From: Squalus acanthias
Taxonomy: Eukaryota
DNA length: 64,000 nt
Assembly (NCBI GenBank): GCA_030390025.1
Contig: CM059438.1
Coordinates: 67,830,001-67,894,000 of the forward strand
Reading direction: 5' to 3'
Shown here: positions 23,407-36,100 of the stretch, piece by piece
Position numbering within the stretch: position 1 is the first letter of the stretch
Layout of the letters: each line of letters opens with the position of its first letter
Program-made: the position numbers and the translations under genes
The notes under the pieces: model-generated
The model's database searches: none
What the model saw: only the letters and a program-made list of their open reading frames with translations
What the model was told of the DNA's origin: nothing

Positions 23407-24233
23407 ATAGGCTGTGAGAGTTGGGGTATTTACTTTGGTGAAGTGCAGGCTGAGAGGGGATTTGATTGATGTTTTTTGAAATGATGAAGGGATTAGATGC
23501 AATGTGGTTCTTTGAAATGGAAGGGATGGTAGGACTGGAGACCGTGCCGACAGATACCAGATGTTATTAGTTGTCACAGTGTCATCACCCTTTGGAACAA
23601 ACGTATGCAAATGTGGGTGAGTGTGAGGTCACTACAGTCCTGTTAAAGGGAACATTGTCAGTTACAGGGAGTTGGTGGTTAGTTTAGGTTGTGATGTGTG
23701 TCTCTTGGAGCCTCAGGAAGTGGGAGAGGAATTGCCAGAGTTTTTTTCCTGAATTGGCCACGTCACTGCATGTTCCAAGAGACAGCGTTACTAGGAGGTG
23801 GGAGGGCTGTGCACAAGGTTATACTCTACTGGATGGGACGAGCTTGATGGGCCTGATAGAAGCTACTTCCCCTTCCTTTTGTACGTTTGTATGTGCAGAC
23901 TGGAAATTGTCTCTGGGCCCTGCCTGGTATGTGGCTCAGGGAGTTCACCCAGTCAATAGCTGAGTCCAAGGACAATCCCAGTCGACAGTCCCCCATCAGA
24001 GAACTCTGTTTTTTCCACTTTCTCTTCCTTGCTATGATCCGTGCACAAATCAGAAAACACACAGTTAGTGAGTTTTCCTTCCACGTTTATTTCTAAATGT
24101 TAAACTTCTCACATTTAAGTCGTTGAAATAACGTGACTCCTAAAACATCCAAAAAATTACAAACACAAAAAGACCCTCTGGTCCATCCAGCATGTCCCAA
24201 AAAACTGCGAAGCCTTGTGCATCACAATATATA

Positions 24234-25128
24234 GGGGGAAAAATTCAGTTGGTTTGCGCCTCCCGTTATCGCCTTAAGAGGGCGCTAATGGGGCGCAAAG
24301 CAACTAGCACCCGTGCGCAGCGATGTTTGCGCCGCTCACAAAATTGACTAGACATTTTGCGACGGCACTAAACACTACCGTCACGATCTCCTGTGCCCGC
24401 AGATCGTGACGTCAGTCGAGCGTACAACGCCCCGGTAGCACCCCAGACCGGATATTGAGTGCCGCCTCCTGTCTTACCGCCTGCCGCTAGCAACGACAGG
24501 TTGAGGGGAGCGTTTTTGCTGTCGGGAAGGGACTGGAGGAGTGCTATTTTAAGGTGACCTGCTTCCTGCCTTTTTTGTCGGTGAAATTTTTTCACCACGC
24601 ATTCTGAGTGAGAGAGAGAGACTGCAGGAGATATTCAATGCTGTGTTGAGGAGTTTTGGGTACTGAGCAGCACTTTGCAGGTTCTTTTTTATTTGATCTT
24701 CCTTGCATCGATTTAGAAGAGACTGTGGGGGCTGCACTCTGATCTCTTTCCCTGGGCCTCTCCATTGTTCTTTCCAACAGATTTGATGTACAGGTCTCTC
24801 CAGGCCTGGATTCAAGGCTGCAATGAGCAGGGTGTGGATGTAGAGCAAGATCGATCCTCCCCTTTAAGAACTGGCCGGCGCCAGTGTGTCTGTGTTCCAT
24901 TGCTGACTGACATCACATGAGCTTCGCCAGCGCTCTGAGGTAGCGTTTCGCTCCTCGGCCTTTGCGCCTTAAGACAGGTGTGTAGCGCCTGATTTAGCAC
25001 TCCAATCACCTCCAGGGGTGATAAAAGCCAAGTTTGCAGTTGGAGGCGATAATTAGCGCCAGGCGCTAAACTTAGCCGTCCGGCCAATAATCGCGTCCCA
25101 AACGGGGCGATACCGAATTTCCCCCCCC
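24234..25128 (-). mobile_element. MITE family A, inverted paralogue of 3168-4003
   Basis: TIRs GGGGGAAAAATTC / GAATTTCCCCCCCC; exact ATA/ATA TSD; shared antisense peptide SLAPGANYR..LQ...LSPLEVI with 3081-3293. Confidence 0.85.
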
Positions 25129-26113
25129 ATAGACTCCCCACCCCGCCCGAGACCATGCCATTTCCTGGAAGAGGTGAAGAACAATTTAAAAACCCAGGCC
25201 AATTTTGGGGGAAAAAACTGGGAAATTTCTTTCCGACTCCACTTAGGCAATCAAAACAAGTCCAGGAGATCACTCTAGCACTGATAAAGCCCTGCAACAC
25301 AAGGCAATTGCGTTTCCATTTCTACTCAGCGGACACCACAGACCTCAGAGCTTGCTCTCCAACAATCTCCAGTCCAGCTCTGTACCAGCATCCATTCCTC
25401 GAACCTGTCAGTGGGTTGTGCAGAGTTCCCACTTCTGTGTCATTACAGTTCGAACAAAAACTCTCCAATTTTTTTTTTTAAGTGCCATCTGTAACATCCT
25501 TTAATTCGTTGGGATCTGATCATGTTCCTTTAGGCCATGCTGTGCTCAGTGGATTGGAATTCAGTTACTGAGCCAGCAGTGATGAGATGAAACATCAGCT
25601 CCAAAACATTGACAGGCAGAATGGGGGAGAATGTGGACCTAATCATTGTGATGCATCAGCACAATTTGCCTGGGGAAAATCTCGAAAGACATAACCTCCT
25701 CTTGACATTTTTTTTAGACGTTCTAACTTTGGAGGGCGGCCCACATGTTTTTCCCCTCCTTCCCCGGCTCCTGTGTAGTGTTAACAGTTAGCACACCCCA
25801 GAACATAGGTTGCTGATACCCAAAGGCAACCCAGAATGAGGAAAAGAAACATAACAAACACTCCCCACATAGCCCAAGAGACCACCAGGTGGGTGGAAAG
25901 TGCTGTGTTACTTTTAAAGGGGCCTCACCTTGATAAAACAGTGCTTGGCAAACCCTTGGGCTTCATTTAGGTTGCAATAACTTGATATGCTAGAATGCAA
26001 TAATAGGTTTCCACGTGGTTATGACCCAGAAAACCGGGTCTATGGGCAATGGGCAGTGATGGGATTGTTTTCCTCCTACCAATGATGTTAAGTAGTTGTA
26101 TAGATTTACAGCA

Positions 26114-27330
26114 ATAGAGAACATGAGTAGGCCATTCAGCCCCTTGAGCCTGTTCCACTATTCAATTAGACTATGGCTGATCTGTATCTTAACTCCATTT
26201 ACCTGTCTTGGTTCCATATCCCTTAATACCCTTACCTAACAAAAATCAATCAATGTTATTTTTGAAATTTTCAATTGGCCTAGCCCCCACAGGATTTTGG
26301 AGGAGATATTTCCAGATTTACACTACCCTTTGTGTGAAGAAGTGCTTCCTGACATCACCCCTGAACAGCCTAGCTCTAATTTTCAGGTTGCCCCAGTCAC
26401 CACTGGCCTCCCCCACCAGAGGAAATAGTTTCTCTCTGTCTACCCTATCAAATCCTTTAATCATCCTAAACTCCTCAATTAGATCAAGCCCTTAATCTTC
26501 TATACTCAAGGGAATGCAAGCCTAGTCTCTACAACCTGTCCTCATAATTTAACCCTTTAAGCCCTGGTATCATTCTGGCAAATCTATGCTGCACCCCCTT
26601 CAAGGCCAATATATCCTTGCTGAGGTGCAATGCCCAGAACTCTAGATAGGGTCTAACCAGAGCTCTGTACAACTGTAGCATAACTTCCACCCATTTGTAT
26701 TCCAGCCCCCTTGAGATGAAGGCTGACATTCCATCAGCTTTTTAAATTGCTTTTTGGACATGTCCACCAGTTCCTAGTTTCTCAGCATTTAGAAAATATA
26801 CGATCTAACTTTCTCGGGTCCAATGTGGATGACTTCACACTTCCCCATGTTGAACTCCATCTGGCACAGTTTTGCCCACTCACTTAATCGATCAATGTCC
26901 CTTTGCACCTTTCCGCTCCGATCTACATTACTTGCTGTGCCACCTGACTTAGTGTCGTCAGCAAACTTGGATAAACGGCTCTCTACTGCTTCATCCAAGT
27001 CATTGATAAATATAGTGAGAAGCTGAGGCCCCAGTACAATCCCTGGGGAACACCACTTGTCACATCCCGCCAATCAGAGAACATCCCTTTATCCCTACTC
27101 CCTGTCTCCGATCTCCCAACCAATTATCAACCCTTGTCACAAGGTCACCTCTAATTCCATGCACTCTATTTTCATTAATAGTCTCCTGTGCGGAACCTTA
27201 CCAGATGCCTTCTGGAAGTCCATATAGGCAACATCCGTAGACATTCCCTGTCCGCCATGTTAGTGACCTCTTTTACTAGATTAGTCAGACGTGACTAATA
27301 CCCTTCATAAATCCATGCTGACTCTCGTTG
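26114..27330 (-). mobile_element. CR1 LINE RT/C-terminus and tail, decayed
   Basis: LGPQLLTIFINDLDE...KFADDTK...DIDRLSEWAK..QMEFN.GKCEV.H and LYRALVRPYLE; CR1 tail near 26114-26200. Confidence 0.92.
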
Positions 27331-29038
27331 ACTACCTATGAGCAATGCCATCAAAGATCTATTAATGATAAGTACTTGTACACATTTACAGAACAGGGAG
27401 TGAGCAGCAAGTCCAAGGGCTGAAAGCAGGTGGTCATTGAGGGACAACAGTGAAGGCCCCGAGAGTGGTGCCCACTAAAAATCAGTAATCAGGCTCCAGG
27501 TCCCAGACTACCTATGAGCAACGCGTGGAAGATCTATTAATGACATTAAAATGAACTATTCCACCCAACAGCGCATCAACATTACTGGGCCTGTTAAATT
27601 GTTCATATTGCTCATTGTGACTTTCACAAATTATGAAATGAGATAAACATGTTGAGACAAACCTTTCATTGTCCACAACCTTCTGTCTAATCTGATGGTT
27701 GATGATATTTCCATTGTTTATGCTCCCTTCACAAAGTAAACCTGTTCAGATCTTTTACCCGACTACATTCACTCCTAGATAGATCAGCGAGTTAGTCACA
27801 GTCAGTGCAGCTCCATTTCCTTCACTTAAATTGGTTGTGCTGCATCCTCCCTCAAATTTATACAGTTTACAAACCTATTGTGATGTCTGATCTCACTGTG
27901 ATGCGAAGTGTGAGGGTGAGGCTTGCACTGTGATGTCATGGTTTGACCCATCCAGTTAATGAAACAATGTTTGATAAACCCTTGGCCTTCATTTAGGTTA
28001 CAATGACTTGATGTGCTAGAATGCAATAACAGGTTTACACCTGGTTACAACCCAGAGAAGAGGATGAGCGGGCGATGGGCAGTGATAGGATTGTTTGCCT
28101 CCGACCAATGATGTTCAGTAGTTGTATACATATACAGTATCAGGTAAACATCAGTAATCAGGCTCCAGGTCCATCTGCATCTTAAATCCATTTACCCACT
28201 GTTAGAAAATTGCCCATTACTAGTTGGCCATTTTCCCACCATATTGGACTGAATTAAATTGGAATTATTGATATTAACTAACCTATTAAATTGTGAAACG
28301 TAAACTTTCATTGTGGCTACAGTGAAGTTCTGGTTATTGTAATTTATGTGGAGTTCTCTAATTCCAGACCTGAGAGTGTCACATATAACTTAAATGTTTA
28401 ATGATTTGAAGTGGATAAGGAGTTAATGCTGAGTGTAATTGACGTAGTTTGGTGCCTCTAAAAGTTTGGACATTTGAGGTGATTCTGCTTGCTTAATCAT
28501 CTTGGTTGCACTGGAATGTGATAGCTGTATATTAACTGACAGCAGCCTTAGATTTTGTGATTGACTGTGGTCAGAAAAGTGACTGAGGAAAAAATGATCT
28601 GAGGATCTATTGCTATCTCTATGCCAATAATTGGAGACATCTTGTAATTTGACTGGACTAACTAACCGAAAAGCTCATAAAACGAGGGGTTTGGAAACCT
28701 CTTAAATCAATGCTACAAGCTTAAAAATAATTGGAATTTAATTTGAAAAAATGCTGCCTTCCCTGAATTTTTTTTTACGTTGGATCGGATCTTTGTGCAA
28801 GCTTTAAAGCTACAAAGACTTTGGGGAAAAAATAAGTCAAATGAAATTTGATTCTTTTTCGTTCAGCAACATTTTTTTTTAAAGTGTGTGAAGTGACACA
28901 ACTGCCTGCATCTGACAATATCTTCTTATACACATGCAAAGAAGTTAATCATTCCCGCTGACAGCTGTTTTTAATTTGTCAAGCAACAACATTTCTATTG
29001 CTGAATGTAAACACATATTGGGTATTATTAAATTTTAA

Positions 29039-29716
29039 GGGGAAAAATTGGGTGGCAACACTATTGGGGCGCTAATTTTAGCACACCAAAAAGATTAGCG
29101 CCCCTCCGCTGTAAATTCAGTAGTAAAAGCAGGAGCTGGGATACTACTGGAAAGCACTTCACTTCCTGCTTGGGGCGCTACTACTGAATTTCACAGCGCT
29201 ACGTGCTGCCGTGCATGTTGCAGGCCTCCTCCCCTGATTAAAGGGGAGGGGCCTAGCGCTGCGCGCACCGGGGCCCTGCTGAACCACCGGAGGAGCGGGG
29301 TGCCGTGAAAACAGCTTGGCACTCAAGAGGAGTGCCGGGCTAAGCAATCGCGGCCGGCACCCCGCATAAAAAAGTGAAAGGGGGCAGGTGCTGGCAGTCG
29401 GCCAAAATTAAAATGGCTGCCCGACACCTGCCCTTTAAGTAGCGCCGCCGCCGCTGCAAAAGCGCCCCCTGATCCTGTCGGACATATCGTCCGTCGATAG
29501 GTCAGGGGGCGCAAGGGAAGTGTACGGCCGGGGCGCTGCGCACTAGCGATGACATCATCCCCGGCGGTGCGGTGGTGCAGCCGGCGCAGGGCACTACTGG
29601 CTACCGCCGCCGCTAACCTCCTGCTGAATTTCACGGGAGGCGTTCCTGGCACTGCACCCGGGCACTCGGGGATTTGCGTGCTAACAAGAGGCACAAACCA
29701 ACCCAATTTTGCCCCC
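29039..29716. mobile_element. GC-rich MITE related to family A
   Basis: TIRs GGGGAAAAATTGGGT / ACCCAATTTTGCCCC; GCGCTA subrepeats and TGAATTTCAC motifs. Confidence 0.72.
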
Positions 29717-31603
29717 TACGTTTCTTATTCTGAGTGGATATTTACCCAGGGTGACTGAAGGAAATCATGAATTGACAAATTAACCCCTTGGGCTCTCAAG
29801 AAGAGCCACAATGGATTCTCTGTTTTTCTTTTGTTTATACAGGGATCCATGGTTTGTAGGACCGCCTGAATGTTGATGGTGTAGGATTACATAGAGTCCT
29901 TCTATGACATAAATATGGCTTCACAGAGTTTATGAAGCAACCTTTGGAAAAATGTTGGTGCAGCAAGTGACCCAGTAGTTTTAAGAATTTTAAAACTTAT
30001 CTGCAGATACCAAATGTCACAGTGTGGTGCTGATTTGAACTAAAGACTTTGCCTTAACCTATTCAGGTTCATTTGTTATATTCTGTGACAGAGTGCTCAA
30101 GGGAAAGGCGGGTGGAAATATAGGAGTTACTTCCTAAAGTAATTGCAAGCAGTTCTGTCTCTAATGTAAAACCACCATGCCTGGGCAGCATTTGTTTCTG
30201 AAATTGGAATTGATAAAGATAAATTGATATAAGTTGCTGTTTCAAGCACTCAAGAAGGGAACATTTGGCTGAAGTTTAAGGGGATAATCATTTTTTTTAA
30301 AAAAGGACTGCAGTCTAGGTGGTTCCTGACCAGTGCTGTGTATCAATGAAGAAAGTTTTGGGGGAAATAAACTTGAACAAGTCCCATCAGTGCGACAATA
30401 CTGCTCTTTGGATTTGGATAATTTGAAATGATAAAATGGACGCAGGCAAATAAAGCAGGTTATTTTGGCAAATAAAAAGTCCAAGACGTGGTTCGGTTAA
30501 GTTAAATAAATAAACAAAATGTGTTCCTCCAGGGCTCATGAATTAGATGGTAATTACTGGGATGTGTAAAATTGAATGAGAGGAAGTGTTTCTCGATATC
30601 AGATTGAAACAGCAAAATTGCAACGCCAAATGAGATTTTTTTCTAAAATCATTTTCGTAGGTGATACTTGAATTGGAATCAACCCAAAGGGATTAGGGAA
30701 TAAAAGTGCGAGTACATCTATAAGCAAAATAAATCCCCACGGCAAATTCACCAAAATATATCAATCTGGTATCAATATACATTCCAGTGAAAGTCAGGAA
30801 AGGGTAGGTGAGAATAATTAATTGATAGCTTTCTCTTAGAGATATTTGTGTCATTGCCTATACTGAACAATAAGAAACTGCATCTGATAGCCTGGCCACT
30901 ACCCAATACATCGGGACCATGCAGGTGGAAATGATCAAAGATCTCCAGATCCCCTCCCCCACCGATCTGTTGATAAAATGACCTGAAAGCCCAGGAATGG
31001 CTTGGATCGGATGTCATGTGTGGCATGATATTGGGCGTGTATGTGTGTGCAAATGCGATATGTTGTGTATGAGGCAGCTAGCATATGGAAATACATAACT
31101 ATTAACTGAAGAACGGGTCTCAGACATGCTCAGTTACTTGACAACAGCACAACATGAAATGGCTAATGTGGCTCAGGAGAGTGAGAAACATTTTTAATCA
31201 AGGCACTGACACATGCTCCACAGAGAAAGCAACCTTTATTCTGAAACAATCAGGATAGAGTTAAACACGCTGGTACCTGCCAGAGGGATTGAAATTAAAG
31301 TAAAGAGGGATATAGAATTTGGATTTACAAAATTCAGGGATGGGTTCCTTTGAGTCAACAATGAAATTGGGACAATTGAGAGAAATAACCACAAGATGGA
31401 TAAGGGTAAAAGGAGATCTGGCGAATCTTTTAAATCCATGATTTCTTGATAATATGGTACACTGTCCCTCTCTGTACAATGTATTATGATTTTTTTCTGT
31501 CTGTATCATGATGTGCATTATTGGCCAAATAGACTAGAAGAGCAAATGGCTCGAGAAATGTATGTGATGCTTACAAGATGAGAAGCTCAGATAAGGCCAT
31601 GCA

Positions 31604-32373
31604 TGTACCCCTGTGAGAGTCCGTGCCTGTGGAACTGTACCCCAGTGAGAGTCAGTGTCTGTGGAACTGTGCCTCATGAGAGTCAGTATCTGTGGAACCC
31701 GTACCACAGTGAGAGTCGGTGCCTGTGGAACTGTACCCCAGTAAGAGACAGTGCCGATGGAACTGTACCCCAGTGAGAGTCAGTGTCTGTGTAACTGTAC
31801 CCCAGTGAGAGTCAGTGTCTGTGCAACTGTACCCCAGTGAGATTCAGTGTCTGTGGAACTGTACCCCAGTGAGACTCAGTGTCTGTGGGACTGTACCCCA
31901 GTGGTAGTCCGTGTCTGTGTAACTGCAACCCAGTAAGAGTCAGTGTCTGTGGAACTGTCCCCCTGTGAGAGTCCGTGCCTGTGGAACTGTACCCCAGAGA
32001 GAGTCAGTTTCTGTGGAACTGTGCCCCATGAGAGTCAGTATCTGTGGAACCCGTACCCCAGTGAGAGTCGGTGCCTGGGGACCGGACCCCAGTGAGAGTC
32101 AGTGTCTGTGGAACTGTACCCCACTGAGAGTAAGTGTCTGTGGAACTGTACCCCAGTGAAATTCACTGTCTGTGGAATTGTACCCCAGTGAGAGTCAGTG
32201 TTTGTGGAACTGTATCCCAGTGAGAGTCACTGTCTGTGGAACCCGTACCCCAGTGAGAGTCAGTGTCTGTGCAACTGTACCCCAGTGAGAGTCAGTGCCT
32301 GTGGAACTGTACCGCAGTTAGAGTCAGTGTCTGTGGAACTGTACCCCAGTGAGATTCAGTGTCTGTGGAACTG
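31604..32373 (+). repeat. 32-bp minisatellite, about 24 copies
   Basis: Consensus GTACCCCAGTGAGAGTCAGTGTCTGTGGAACT; an 11-unit (352-bp) internal duplication is visible from variant monomers (31613 vs 31965). Confidence 0.95.
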
Positions 32374-33190
32374 AGAAGTAGTAAAGGAAACCATTTTCTT
32401 GGCTTATTTCTGTAGTTTAAAACCCTAATACTGAAAGACTGGCATGCATATGAAACAACGTAATACTGACATTAAAAAGGGGGACATCTACCCTTGGGAA
32501 TCATGCAAGGTAGGAGATGGTTTATAATATTGGACAACACCCATAGGTTTGAATAATTAGTATGGCTTTAATGCATTCTAGTGTATGTTATGATAATTTG
32601 CTTACGTGTCATTGTTGAGCAACTGTTAATTATTTTTCAGTGCAGTATATTGTTTCTGGTAATTATCATGTATTGCTTGCACTAGCCAAAGAGGAAATCA
32701 AGGAGTCGGGTCAGCAGAGAGCTCTCCCAAGTGTGGCGTACAGGAGAGCTCACAGATGCTCATCAACAAATGAAAAATGTCTAAGGGGACCATCATATAT
32801 TATGAGTGTTTATGAAACTGTGATATTAACAGATTGTAAATTCAAGGTGATCTAAGGCGAAGACAGAAATAAAGTTAAGATAAAGTGAAAATTGACCCAG
32901 AGTGGTGCCACTCAGGTTCAAAAGGAGGACATGTTAGAATATTGACCATCACTAGTTGACCATTTTCCCATCAGACCCTGCCAATGTACGGCAAGTTAAA
33001 GTGTCCTTGTGATGTGCTGGCTCTTGACGTATTAGCTGAGCTGTTTATTGCTTGGGAACAGACTGATCTTGGAGTTGCAAGTACCAAACACTTACAGATA
33101 ACAGATGGTCAACAACAAGATACGGTCAGGGACAAGGCCAGTATGCACATAATTAGACCCTGGCTTATTGGGTATAATTGTAGGACGAGT

Positions 33191-36100
33191 GGTCAGAGAG
33201 TGGAGAGTGTCAGTTCAAACAGTCACAGGACAGAGAGTGGAGATAGTGTCAGTTCAAACAGTCACAGGACAGAGAGTGGAGAGAGTGTCAGCTTAAACTG
33301 TCACAGGACAGAGAGTGGAGAGAGTCAGTTCAAACAGTCACAGGACAGAGAGTGGAAAGAGTGTCAGCTTAAACTGGCACAGGACAGAGAGTGGAGAGAG
33401 TCAGTTCAAACAGTCACAGGACAGAGAGTGGAGAGTGTGTCAGCTTAAACTGTCACAGGACAGAGAGTGGAGAGAGTCAGTTCAAACAGTCACAGGACAG
33501 AGAGTGGAGAGTGTCAGCTTAAACTGTCACAGGACAGAGAGTGGAGAGAGTCAGTTCAAACAGTCACAGGACAGAGAGTGGAGAGTGTGTCAGCTTAAAC
33601 TGTCACAGGACAGAGAGTGGAGAGAGTCAGTTCAAACTGTCACAGGACAGAGAGTGGAGAGTGTCAGTTGAAACTGTCACAGGACAGAGAGTGGAGAGAG
33701 TCAGTTCAAACTGTCACAGGACAGAGAGTGGAGAGAGTGTCAGTTAAACTGTCACAGGACAGAGAGTGGAGCGAGTCAGTTCAAACTGTCACAGGACAGA
33801 GAGTGGAGAGTGTGTCAGCTTAAACTTTCACAGGACAGAGAGTGGAGAGTGTCAGTTCAAACAGTCACAGGACAGAGAGTGGAGAGAGTGTCAGCTTAAA
33901 CTATCACAGGTCAGAGAGTGGAGAGAGTGTCAGTTCAAACTGTCACAGGACAGAGTGTGGAGAGAGTGTCAGCTTAAACTGTCACAGGACAGAGAGTGGA
34001 GCGTTTCAGTTCAAACTGTCACAGGACAGTGGGTGGAGAGAGTCAGTTCAAACTGTCACAGGACAGAGAGTGGTGAGTGTCAGTTCAAACTGTCACAGGA
34101 CAGAGAGTGGAGTCAGTTCAAACTGTCACAGGAAAGAGAAGGAGAGAGTGTCAGTTCAAACAGTCACAGGACAGAGAGTGGAGAGTGTCAGTTCAAACAG
34201 TCACAGGACAGAGAGTGGAGAGAGTGTCAGTTCAAACAGTCACAGGACAGAGAGTGGAGAGTGTCAGTTCAAACAGTCACAGGACAGAGAGTGGAGAGTG
34301 TCAGTTCAAACAGTCACAGGACAGAGAGTGGAGAGTGTCAGTTCAAACAGTCACAGGACAGAGAGTGAGAGAGAGTCAGTTCAAACTGTCACAGGACAGA
34401 GAGTGGAGAGAGTGTCAGTTCAAACAGTCACAGGACAGAGTGTGGAGAGTGTCAGTTCAAACAGTCACAGGACAGAGAGTGGAGAGTGTCAGTTCAAACA
34501 GTCACAGGACAGAGAGTGGAGAGAGTGTCAACTTGAACTGTCACAGGCAAGAGAGTGGAGAGTGTCAGTTCAAACTGTCACAGGACAGAGAGTGGAGAGT
34601 GTCAGTTCAAAATGTCACAGGACAGAGAGTGGAGAGAGTGTCAACTTGAACTGTCACAGGCAAGAGAGTGGAGAGTGTCAGTTCAAACTGTCACAGGACA
34701 GAGAGTGCAGAGTGTCAGTTCAAAATGTCACAGGACAGAGAGTGGAGAGAGTGTCAGTTCAAACAGTCACAGGACAGAGAGTGGAGAGAGTCAGTTCAAA
34801 CTGTCACAGGACAGAGAGTGGAGAGAGTGTCAGTTCAAACAGTCACAGGACAGAGAGTGGAGAGAGTGTCAGCTTAAAATGTCACAGGACAGAGAGTGGA
34901 GAGAGTGTCAGTTCAAACAGTCACAGGACAGAGAGTGGAGAGAGTCAGTTCAAACTGTCACAGGACAGAGAGTGGAGAGTGTCAGCTTAAACTGTCACAG
35001 GACAGAGAGTGGAGAGTGTCAGTTCAAACAGTCACAGGACAGAGAGGGGAGAGAGTGTCAGTTCAAACAGTCACAGGACAGAGAGTGGAGAGAGTGTCAG
35101 TTCAAACAGTCACAGGACAGAGAGTGGAGAGTGTCAGTTCAAACAGTCACAGGACAGAGAGTGGAGAGTGTCAGTTCAAAGAGTCACAGGACAGAGAGTG
35201 GAGAGAGTGTCAGCTTGAACTGTCACAGGCAAGAGAGTGGAGAGAATCAGTTCAAACAGTCACAGGACAGAGAGTGGAGAGAGTGTCAGCTTAAACTGTC
35301 ACAGGACAGAGAGTGGAGAGAGTCAGTTCAAACAGTCACAGGACAGAGAGTGGAGAGTGTGTCAGCTTAAACTGTCACAGGACAGAGAGTGGAGAGAGTC
35401 AGTTCAAACAGTCACAGGACAGAGAGTGGAGAGAGTGTCAGCTTAAACTGTCACAGGACAGAGAGTGGAGAGAGTCAGTTCAAACAGTCACAGGACAGAG
35501 AGTGGAGAGTGTGTCAGCTTGAACTGTCACAGGACAGAGAGTGGAGAGAGTCAGTTCAAACTGTCACAGGACAGAGAGTGGAGAGTGTCAGTTCAAACAG
35601 TCACAGGACAGAGAGTGGAGAGTGTGTCAGCTTAAACTGTCACAGGACAGAGAAGGAGAGAGTGCCAGTTCAAACAGTCACAGGACAGAGAGTGGAGAGA
35701 GTGTCAGCTTAAACTGTCACAGGACAGAGAGTGAGAGAGAGTCAGTTCAAACAGTCACAGGACAGAGAGTGGAGAGTGTCAGTTCAAACAGTCACAGGAC
35801 AGAGAGTGGAGAGAGTGTCAGCTTAAACTGTCACAGGCAAGAGAGTGGAGAGTGTCAGTTCAAACTGTCACAGGACAGAGAGTGGAGAGTGTCAGTTCAA
35901 ACAGTCACAGGACAGAGAGTGGAGAGAGTGTCAACTTGAACTGTCACAGGCAAGAGAGTGGAGAGTGTCAGTTCAAACTGTCACAGGACAGAGAGTGGAG
36001 AGTGTCAGTTCAAACTGTCACAGGACAGAGAGTGCAGAGTGTCAGTTCAAAATGTCACAGGACAGAGAGTGGAGAGAGTGTCAGTTCAAACAGTCACAGG

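Noticed and set aside
29039..29716. CpG-island-like GC-rich patch (also 3168-4003 and 24234-25128) as a host promoter
   Set aside because: Each is bounded by TIRs and related to other copies in the window, so they are MITEs.
29821..29880. Strong plus-strand acceptor TTTTGTTTATACAG at 29842
   Set aside because: All three frames stop within ~35 nt and no convincing donor follows; a coding exon cannot be supported.
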